A stretch of 64,000 bases of DNA from Methyloceanibacter sp. (GTDB lineage Bacteria; Pseudomonadota; Alphaproteobacteria; Rhizobiales; Methyloligellaceae): positions 7,640-71,639 of the forward strand of contig JBGQMX010000002.1 in NCBI GenBank assembly GCA_041500805.1, given 5' to 3'. The notes under the pieces were generated by a model, which saw only the letters and a list, made by a program, of their open reading frames with translations, ran no database searches and had not been told where the DNA came from. Position 1 is the first letter of the stretch. Every line of letters starts with the position of its first letter. The translations under genes were made by a program, and so were the position numbers. Below are positions 9,706 to 16,986 of the stretch, in pieces.

Positions 9706-10200
9706 ATGGCCTTCCCGTTCAGCCCCAAGCGGCCGTATCGCGGCCTTGTCATCGCATCGCTCCTTGCCATCGGCGCGACCCAGCCCGCTTTGGCCGGAAG
9801 CGACGACATCAGCGTCCTGATCGACCAGGCGACGCTCGTAAAGCTCGACAGGCCCGCCGCCGAGATCGTGGTCGGCAACCCATCGATCGCCGACGTCTCG
9901 GTGCAGAGCGGAAAGATGCTGGTGGTCACCGGCAAATCCTACGGCGAGACCAACCTCATCGTGCTCGATGCCGACGGCAAAATGGTCGTCAACCGAAGGC
10001 TGGTGGTGCAGGAGCCGCGCACCGGCTTTGTGACGGTCTATAAAGGTCCGGCCCGCTTCACCTTGGATTGCGCGCCGAACTGCACGACGCCGCTCGTCAT
10101 CGGCGATGAGCCCGCTTATTTCGACGCCATCTCCAAGCAGATCAAGACCAAGCAGGGGATCAGCCAATCCTCGGCCGAGGGCGACAAGCAGAACGAATAG
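9706..10200 (+). CDS. Secreted stand-alone pilus-formation N-terminal domain protein (secretin N-domain-like)
   Basis: Sec signal (QPALA); IVVGNPSIADVSV...LVVTGKSYGETNLIVLD resembles the CpaC N-domain in this window (VMVSNPGQIDA...YLIGKATGEANILFTD). Confidence 0.8.
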   Translation: MAFPFSPKRPYRGLVIASLLAIGATQPALAGSDDISVLIDQATLVKLDRPAAEIVVGNPSIADVSVQSGKMLVVTGKSYGETNLIVLDADGKMVVNRRLVVQEPRTGFVTVYKGPARFTLDCAPNCTTPLVIGDEPAYFDAISKQIKTKQGISQSSAEGDKQNE

Positions 10201-10233
10201 AAGCAGGTCCTCGCGGGCGTTCGTCTCTGTCCG

Positions 10234-11769
10234 CTATTGCGCGATGCGCAGCTCGTTCAACCCTTGCGCGATATCCTGGAAGATCGACGCAAGCTGATCG
10301 TTGGTGGGCGAGTTGTAAAACATGTCGGGCTTGGTCGCGCAGCTCGTGAGCAGGGTCTGGCTCGCCGAACTCACCTGGAAGCCGATGGTGTAGAGCTGGA
10401 TGCCCTTGGCCTTGATGGCGCTGCACACGGCGAGCGTCTTGGTATCCAGGGTGGCGTTGGCGTTGCTGCCGCTGGTGTTGCCGAGATGGCCGTTCTTGGC
10501 GTAGCCGAAGGCGTTATAGGACGACTTGTCGATCCCGTTGCCGCCTTGGCTTACATCGTTTTCGCCGTCGGTGAGCAGAACCAACGCCTTGACCCATTTC
10601 TGGTCGTCATAGGCCGCGCCCTCGGTAAAGGGTGCCGTCGGCGACAGAACCCTCCAGCCCCACAAGAGGCCGGCCGGGATTGCCGTGTTGCCGTTGGCCA
10701 CCAGCGCGTCGATGGCCGTGGTGATTGTGCTCGCTGTGTTCGTCATCGCCGTGATCTTAGCCGGAGGGCAGTTGTAGTCGGGGCCACTCGAGGAGCCCGA
10801 GAAGCTCTTATATTTGGCGGTATTGCACTGGCGCTTGTCGGCGTCGCTGCTGCCGGTGACGCATTTCGCGCTGCTGTAGCTACCGTCGCTGAGATAGGTG
10901 TTGTTGTAGTTGCCCGACGCCGAGTCAGGCTCGTCCGGCGCGAAATAGGGAACCCATAAGGTGGCGGGCGTGCCGGAGCTCGGCGGATCGTCAGTGAGCT
11001 CATAGCTGCCCCCCCGCTCGCGCACGCATCCCGACCAGCTCCTGCCGATCTTGCTGTAGAGGGTGAGCGCGCTCACGCCATTGGTCTTGTCTATATCCTC
11101 GAAGGCGAGCGGGTGGGTCGTCGCGTTAGACGACGAATAAGTGGCGGTGTCGAGCCAGCCGGAATTGAGCTTGTCGCTGCCGATATTCACGCCGACGGAG
11201 AATGGAACCACGCCGATCCTCAGAGTGTCAGAGGTGGATTTGCCGTCGAAGAGCGTCGACACCATCTGCTTCGCGGCCGCCTTCATAGCGGTGAGCTTGC
11301 CGCCCGACCCCATGGAGCCGGTCGTGTCGAGGACGAGAGCGAGCTCGATGTTGCGCTCCTTCTTGCTGACCTTGGTGGTCGCGCCGACGTTGACCGTGGC
11401 GATATGGGCGAGATTCATGAACGTGGTCGGCACCGAGCCCGACACGGTGACGATGATATCGTCGCCGGAGAAGGTCACGTTGATGGCACCGGCGGTACCG
11501 AGGTCGGACGCGGGGTAATTGGCGTTGAAGAATTGCTGCGCCTTGGTCTTCAAGTCCGCCTGGGAGAGGCCGGGCCACGAGCCGATGGCAAGGGCGGCCG
11601 AGTCGGCGGCGTCGGCCATTCGGTCGCGCACGATGAGCGCGCGCCCATAGTCGACCGCGACACCGATACCGATCAGAATAGGGATGATGGCGAGCCCGAA
11701 CAGGATCGCAACATTGCCCTTGGCGTTGTTGCTGAACCGCCGAAGGCCGCGTCCCGATACTTTACTCAT
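10234..11769 (-). CDS. tadG: TadG-like pseudopilin with vWA domain
   Basis: Pilin-like N-terminus (KG/NVAILFGLAIIP), MIDAS-type LVLDTTGSM, LLTDGEN, IQLYTIGF, ELRIAQ end; ATG 11769 with GGAGG RBS. Confidence 0.88.
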   Translation of the reverse strand: MSKVSGRGLRRFSNNAKGNVAILFGLAIIPILIGIGVAVDYGRALIVRDRMADAADSAALAIGSWPGLSQADLKTKAQQFFNANYPASDLGTAGAINVTFSGDDIIVTVSGSVPTTFMNLAHIATVNVGATTKVSKKERNIELALVLDTTGSMGSGGKLTAMKAAAKQMVSTLFDGKSTSDTLRIGVVPFSVGVNIGSDKLNSGWLDTATYSSSNATTHPLAFEDIDKTNGVSALTLYSKIGRSWSGCVRERGGSYELTDDPPSSGTPATLWVPYFAPDEPDSASGNYNNTYLSDGSYSSAKCVTGSSDADKRQCNTAKYKSFSGSSSGPDYNCPPAKITAMTNTASTITTAIDALVANGNTAIPAGLLWGWRVLSPTAPFTEGAAYDDQKWVKALVLLTDGENDVSQGGNGIDKSSYNAFGYAKNGHLGNTSGSNANATLDTKTLAVCSAIKAKGIQLYTIGFQVSSASQTLLTSCATKPDMFYNSPTNDQLASIFQDIAQGLNELRIAQ

Positions 11770-11948
11770 GCTACACCTCCCGCTCGACACCAAGTCCGGC
11801 GCTCTCCGGGCCGGGACCCAATCTCGCTCATGGGCAATCTAGGACCAAAAATCTTATTTTTCGTATTCCGGTTTACTCAAATAAGTCTAAGATTTATTTC
11901 AAACTTGCTTACCTAAATATTTACCCTAGTTGGATTTAGGGCCCGTTA

Positions 11949-11963
11949 TTTATCCATTTTTAA
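11949..11963 (+). promoter_or_regulatory. CtrA-like box in the AT-rich tadG/tadE divergent region
   Basis: TTTA-tccattt-TTAA, 27 nt upstream of the tadE ATG. Confidence 0.45.
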
Positions 11964-11989
11964 GCGAACCCTCTCTATAGCTGTTTGCC

Positions 11990-12577
11990 ATGAACGAAGG
12001 CTTGGACCAGCCGAAGAGCGAGGCCGCGTCGCGCCGCCGGGAGCGGGGCTGGCGCGGACTTCGTCGTTTCGCCGGCGAGGACAAGGGCGCCTCGGCGCTC
12101 GAATTCGCGCTGATTGCGACCCCCTTGATCCTGGCGCTCCTCGCCGTTCTCGAGGTGGCCGTCGTCTATTTCGCCAATTTCCAGCTAGAGGCCGCCACGG
12201 CGCAAGGCGCGCGCCTGATCCGCACCGGGCAGGCCCAGACGCAAAACTTCGACGCCGGGAAGTTCAAGACCGAGGTGTGCAAGCATGTGAGCGCGCCGAT
12301 CATTTGCGCCAACCTCATGCTCGACGTCCGCCACTATTCCAACTTCGGCGGGGCCGGATCGGACCTGACCAACCCGCTCGATTCGAGTGGCAAGCTCAAG
12401 ACCAATTTCACCTACGATCCCGGCGTCGGCGGCGATGTGGTCGTGGTCAGGGCCTTCTACGAGTACAACCTTACAGCGAAGCTGCCGAAGGGCATCGCCC
12501 TCAGCAACATGGCCAACGGCGACCGGCTGCTCGTCGCCACGGCTGCTTTCCGCAACGAACCTTTCCAGCATCCGTGA
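11990..12577 (+). CDS. tadE: TadE/TadF family pseudopilin
   Basis: KG/ASALEFALIATP prepilin motif; AFRNEPF C-terminus. Confidence 0.9.
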   Translation: MNEGLDQPKSEAASRRRERGWRGLRRFAGEDKGASALEFALIATPLILALLAVLEVAVVYFANFQLEAATAQGARLIRTGQAQTQNFDAGKFKTEVCKHVSAPIICANLMLDVRHYSNFGGAGSDLTNPLDSSGKLKTNFTYDPGVGGDVVVVRAFYEYNLTAKLPKGIALSNMANGDRLLVATAAFRNEPFQHP

Positions 12578-13155
12578 CGGTGCGTAGAGTGGGATCGACC
12601 TCAAAATTGGCGCGCGCGGTTCGGCGGATCGATCGCCTGACGCGCGACAAGCGTGGCGTCTCGGCTGTCGAGTTCGCCCTCATCGCGCCGGTGCTGATAC
12701 TCATGTATGTCGGCGTCGTCGAATGCGGCAACGCACTCACCATCTATCGGCGTACAGCGGATGTGGCGGCCACCGCAGCCGATCTCACGGCGCAGGTGAA
12801 AACGGTGTCGACTGCCGATCTGCAAGACATCGTTGCTGCCTCGAGCAGCATCCTCACGCCCTTTCCAGTCACCCCGCTCAAGATCGTCCTGTCGAGCGTC
12901 GTCGCCGACCCGAACAACAACGGCAAGGTCGCCTGGAGCTACACCAACAAGGGATCCCCGCGCGCCACCAACTCCGCCTACGCAGTGCCGGTTGGCCTCA
13001 CCGAACCCAGCAGCAGCGTGATCGTGGCAGAGATCACGTACTCCTTCACGCCGCTGGTCAATCTCACCACAGTCTTCAGTCCCGGCGCCTTCGACATGAA
13101 GCGCACCTTTTACTCCCGGCCGCGGAAGAGCCTCACGGTGGCGAAGACCAACTGA
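12574..13155 (+). CDS. Second TadE/TadF family pseudopilin
   Basis: RG/VSAVEFALIAP motif; GTG start overlapping the upstream stop (GTGA); YSRPR near the C-terminus. Confidence 0.88.
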   Translation: MTVRRVGSTSKLARAVRRIDRLTRDKRGVSAVEFALIAPVLILMYVGVVECGNALTIYRRTADVAATAADLTAQVKTVSTADLQDIVAASSSILTPFPVTPLKIVLSSVVADPNNNGKVAWSYTNKGSPRATNSAYAVPVGLTEPSSSVIVAEITYSFTPLVNLTTVFSPGAFDMKRTFYSRPRKSLTVAKTN

Positions 13156-13167
13156 GCACGCATCCGC

Positions 13168-14640
13168 TCAGTCATGCCCGGCCTTGTGCCGGGCATCCAT
13201 GACCATCCGGTTCCCTATCGATGCAGGGCGCATGGATTGCCGGGACAAGCCCGGCAATGACGGGGGTGAGGAACCGGCCGCGCGCAACTCGGCGCCGACC
13301 CGCCGCGCCCAGAGATCGTAAGGGTCGGCAGCCTCGACCATGACCCGCAGGCGGTCGCCTTGCTTCAAGTCCGTCGCGCCATTCAAATAGACATTGCCGT
13401 CGATCTCAGGCGCGTCCCAATGGGAGCGCGCGACGGCGCCTTCCTCATCCACCTCATCGACGATCACTTCGATGGTCTGGCCGATGCGGGCCGCGAGCAG
13501 CTCAGCGCTGATCGCCTGCTGGTGCTGCATCAGGCGGCCGTAACGCTCGGCCTTCACCTCCTCAGGGACCTGGCCCGCAAGCGCGTTGGCTGAGGCGCCG
13601 TCCACGTCCTCGTATTTGAAGCAGCCGACGCGCGCGAGCCGCGCCTCGCCGAGCCAATCGAGCAGGAATGCGAAATCATCCTCGGTCTCACCGGGGAAGC
13701 CCACGATAAAGGTCGAGCGGATGGCAAGCTCGGGGCAGAGCCCGCGCCAGCGCGCGATCCGCTCCAAGGTCCTCTCCTGATGGGCGGGGCGGCGCATGGC
13801 CTTCAAGACCTTCGGGCTCGCATGCTGGAAGGGAATGTCGAGATAGGGCAGCACGCGACCGTCGGCCATCAGGGGGAGTACCTGATCGACATGGGGATAG
13901 GGATAGACGTAGTGGAGGCGCACCCACGCGCCCAGGCTGCCGAGCGTCTCGGCCAGAGTGATGAAGCGCGTATCGTAGGTCTGCCCTCGCCATTGGCTCT
14001 CCGCGTGGTGAAGGTCGAGCCCGTAGGCGCTCGTATCTTGCGAGATGACGAGAAGCTCCTCGACGCCTGCCGCAACGAGCCGCTCGGCCTCGCGCAGAAC
14101 CTCGCCGAGGGGCCGGCTCTTGAGGCGACCGCGTAAGCTCGGGATGATGCAGAAGCTGCAGGCATTGTTGCAGCCTTCAGAGACCTTCAAATAGGCGTAG
14201 TGGCGGGGCGTGAGCTTGATGCCTTGCGGCGGCAGCAGATCGAGAAAGGGATCGTGCGGCCGCGGCACGGCCTTGTGCACCTCCTCGACCACGGCCTCGT
14301 ATTGCTGCGGTCCGGTGACGGCGAGCACGCCGGGGTAGCGGGACAGGATGCGGTCGGCCTCGACGCCGAGGCAGCCGGTGACGATGACGCGGCCGTTCTC
14401 GGCCAAAGCTTCGCCGATGGCCTGCAGCGATTCCTCCTTGGCGCTGTTCAGGAAGCCGCAAGTATTGACCACCACGGCGTCGGCGCCCTCATAGCTCGCC
14501 GAGAGCTCATAGCCTTCCGCGCGGAGCTTGGTGATGATGCGCTCCGAATCGACGAGCGCCTTGGGGCAGCCCAGGCTGACGAAGCCAATCTTTGGAGCGC
14601 TGCTTTTGGGCGGGGCGGACTTGGGGCGAGCTGGCGGCAT
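13168..14640 (-). CDS. rimO: Ribosomal protein S12 methylthiotransferase RimO with a repeat-derived C-terminal extension
   Basis: [12 protein letters not shown], radical [15 protein letters not shown] domain with APEIDG; convergent with tadE. Confidence 0.96.
   Translation of the reverse strand: MPPARPKSAPPKSSAPKIGFVSLGCPKALVDSERIITKLRAEGYELSASYEGADAVVVNTCGFLNSAKEESLQAIGEALAENGRVIVTGCLGVEADRILSRYPGVLAVTGPQQYEAVVEEVHKAVPRPHDPFLDLLPPQGIKLTPRHYAYLKVSEGCNNACSFCIIPSLRGRLKSRPLGEVLREAERLVAAGVEELLVISQDTSAYGLDLHHAESQWRGQTYDTRFITLAETLGSLGAWVRLHYVYPYPHVDQVLPLMADGRVLPYLDIPFQHASPKVLKAMRRPAHQERTLERIARWRGLCPELAIRSTFIVGFPGETEDDFAFLLDWLGEARLARVGCFKYEDVDGASANALAGQVPEEVKAERYGRLMQHQQAISAELLAARIGQTIEVIVDEVDEEGAVARSHWDAPEIDGNVYLNGATDLKQGDRLRVMVEAADPYDLWARRVGAELRAAGSSPPSLPGLSRQSMRPASIGNRMVMDARHKAGHD
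13171..13261. repeat. Palindromic intergenic-type element (GTCATGCCCGGCCTTGTGCCGGGCATC...GATTGCCGGGACAAGCCCGGCAATGAC) inside the rimO 3' end
   Basis: Two GCCCGG-loop-CCGGGC hairpins bounded by GTCAT/ATGAC ends; element type common in Hyphomicrobiales. Confidence 0.85.
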
Positions 14641-14738
14641 GGCGCCGTTATAAGCAGGCCGGAGGCCGTTGTCTGCCGCCCTTTAGCAAATCATCGTCGC
14701 CGGGGTGCGAGCCGTATGGCCGACGCCAAATGCACGCA

Positions 14739-14759
14739 TTCTATTTAACCGAAATAGAA
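14739..14759. promoter_or_regulatory. Perfect 8-5-8 inverted repeat, candidate operator
   Basis: TTCTATTT-aaccg-AAATAGAA in the rimO/amidohydrolase divergent spacer. Confidence 0.55.
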
Positions 14760-14799
14760 CCCATCCGGAGCTACACATCGCGGTTGGCGTTTCGCGGTC

Positions 14800-14887
14800 C
14801 GATGCAAGCCCTCGATGCAAGCATCCCCGATGCAGGCATCAGCGATGCAGGCATCCTCGATGCACGTCGCTCCGATGCAAGCTTGCG
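14800..14887. repeat. Tandem array of six CGATGCA-led units, five at a 15-nt period
   Basis: Unit starts at 14800, 14813, 14828, 14843, 14858 and 14873; three units contain a perfect GATGC-NN-GCATC. Confidence 0.85.
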
Positions 14888-14914
14888 CCGTCAACGGCAG
14901 CCAGGAGCCGTTCA

Positions 14915-16777
14915 ATGTGCAACACGTGCAATCCAAAGCTTTTCACCTTCGTCGTTGAGGAATTCTGGTCACGGCGGAGCCTGCTCAAAGGCGCTGCCGC
15001 CGTGCCGCTCGCCGGCGCGCTCCTGCCCGCCGCCGCGTTCGGGCAAGCCCAGACGCTCCAGTCCGTGGAGGACAGCGCCGCCGCCAGCGGTCTCCAGGCG
15101 CCGCTGCCCGCGACCATTTACGCCGCCAAGACCATCATCACCATGGAGCCGGCGCAGCCGACCGCAACCGCCGTCGCCGTGGTAGGCGACAAGATCGCAG
15201 CCGTCGGCGATCTCGACAGCGTGAAGCAGGCGGTAACCGGGCACAGCGTGACGATCGACGACCGCTTCGCCGACAAAATCATGCTGCCCGGCTTCGTCGA
15301 GCACCATATCCATCCGCTGCTCGGCGCCATGACCATGTCGGCCGAGGTGATCGCCATCGAGGATTGGGCGATTCCCGGCCGCTTTTCCAAGGCCGCCACC
15401 AGCAACGCGGAATACGTCGCCCGGCTCAAGCAGGCGCTGGCTGCCATGGACGGCAAGCCCCGCGACGAGACGCTGTTCACTTGGGGCTATCATCAATATT
15501 TCCACGGCCTGATTAGGCGCCCGCAACTGGACGAGATCAGTCTCGACCGGCCGGTCGTCATATGGCACCGCTCGGCGCATGAGTTCATCCTCAACACCGC
15601 GGCGCTCACCAAATACGGCGTGACCGCGCAGTCACTCGAAGGGCATGGTCTCGCAAGCGAGCAGTGCAGCTTCGCCGATGGCCACTGCTTCGAGAGCGGG
15701 CTTGACCTGATCGTGCCCGCCTTTGCCAAGGACCTGATGACACCGGAGCGGTTGAAGTCCGGCCTCGATACCGTCAAGGCCTACCTGCACGCCAACGGCG
15801 TGACGACCATCGCCGAGCCCGGCGCGCTCGTCACCCCGCAAATCTATGCGTTCTTCGCCGAGGCGCTGAACGACGATGACGTGCCCTTCCGCACCTATTT
15901 CATCCCGGACGGCCACGGCCTTTACGGCAAGCTCAAGCAGGAGAACCGCCTCGCCGACCTGATCTCCGAGACCAAGAAGTTCGACGGCTGGGGGAAGGGC
16001 AAGGTGCAGTGGCTACCGAACCAGATCAAGCTCTTCTGCGACGGCGCGATCTTCTCGCAGCTCATGCAGTTGAAAGATGGCTATACCGACGGCCACCAGG
16101 GCCAATGGATCGCCGTGCCGGACGATTATCGCGCCGCGGTCAAGGCCTATTGGGACGTTGGCTACCAGATCCACACGCATGTGAACGGCGATGCCGGCCT
16201 CGACGTGGTGCTCGGCGCGCTCGAGGAACAGCTGCAGGCCAATCCGCGGCCAGACCACCGCTTCACGATCGTGCATTTCGCCGTCTCGGAGGATGACCAA
16301 GTCGACCGCATCGCGCGAAACGGCGCCGTGGTCAGCGCCAACCCGTATTATGTCAGTTCGCTCGCCGATAAATATTCCGAGATCGGCTTGGGACCCGAGC
16401 GCGCCAACACCATGGTGCGGCTCGGCTCATGCGTGGAACGGGGCCTCCACATCGCGCTCCATTCCGACATGCCGATGGCGCCCGCCTTTCCGCTGCTGCT
16501 TGCCTGGTGCGCTGTCAATCGTACGACGGTTTCGGGGCGCACTGCGGCGCCGGATCAGCGCATTCCGGTCGAGCAGGCGCTCGCAGGCATCACCATCGAG
16601 CACGCTTATATCAATCGGCTGGACGACATGATCGGCAGCATCAAGGCCGGCAAGAAAGCCGACTTCACCATCCTCGAGCAGGACCCGCTGAGCATCGCGC
16701 CGCAAGACCTGAAAGACTTGAAGGTTTGGGGCACGATGTTCGAAGGCCGCGTCTTCCCCGTCACCGCGCCAACTTAG
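14915..16777 (+). CDS. Tat-exported metal-dependent amidohydrolase (YtcJ/Amidohydro_3-like)
   Basis: AGGAG RBS then MCNTC...SRRSLLK twin-arginine leader; PGFVEHHIHP, KLFCDG, HTHVNGD, HSDMP and GSIKAGKKADF motifs. Confidence 0.88.
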   Translation: MCNTCNPKLFTFVVEEFWSRRSLLKGAAAVPLAGALLPAAAFGQAQTLQSVEDSAAASGLQAPLPATIYAAKTIITMEPAQPTATAVAVVGDKIAAVGDLDSVKQAVTGHSVTIDDRFADKIMLPGFVEHHIHPLLGAMTMSAEVIAIEDWAIPGRFSKAATSNAEYVARLKQALAAMDGKPRDETLFTWGYHQYFHGLIRRPQLDEISLDRPVVIWHRSAHEFILNTAALTKYGVTAQSLEGHGLASEQCSFADGHCFESGLDLIVPAFAKDLMTPERLKSGLDTVKAYLHANGVTTIAEPGALVTPQIYAFFAEALNDDDVPFRTYFIPDGHGLYGKLKQENRLADLISETKKFDGWGKGKVQWLPNQIKLFCDGAIFSQLMQLKDGYTDGHQGQWIAVPDDYRAAVKAYWDVGYQIHTHVNGDAGLDVVLGALEEQLQANPRPDHRFTIVHFAVSEDDQVDRIARNGAVVSANPYYVSSLADKYSEIGLGPERANTMVRLGSCVERGLHIALHSDMPMAPAFPLLLAWCAVNRTTVSGRTAAPDQRIPVEQALAGITIEHAYINRLDDMIGSIKAGKKADFTILEQDPLSIAPQDLKDLKVWGTMFEGRVFPVTAPT

Positions 16778-16869
16778 AGCCTCGCGCAGCGTTCAGCGCA
16801 GGATGGTCTTGTCGAGAGCCTCCCGCACGTTCTCTAGTTGCCGGCCAACCCAGCACGGGCCTCCCAACC

Positions 16870-16986
16870 ATGGCCGAAGCCTCAAAGCCAGCGCCCGCAT
16901 CGAGCGGCGGGAGCCAACCGAAAACAGCCTTCGTCTTTGCCGGCGGAGGCAGCTTCGGCGCGGTCCAGGTGGGCGCGGCGCACTAG
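16870..16986 (+). pseudogene. N-terminal fragment of a patatin-like phospholipase
   Basis: 38 codons ending KTAFVFAGGGSFGAVQVGAAH*: the glycine-rich patatin loop, then a stop overlapping the AsmA stop; no GxSxG follows. Confidence 0.7.

Noticed and set aside
14800-14887. Array considered as a mini-CRISPR
   Set aside because: Units are only 15 nt with no unique spacers, and there are no cas genes in the window.
14705-14914. Upstream extension of the amidohydrolase ORF with CxHxR repeats
   Set aside because: A strong AGGAG-ATG at 14915 gives a normal Tat leader; the extension is a by-product of the 15-nt repeat keeping the frame open.
16793-16860. Minus-strand frame ending LENVREALDKTILR*, loosely like the AsmA end (DVDRILR*)
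   Set aside because: Too short, no credible start or RBS, and the similarity could be chance.
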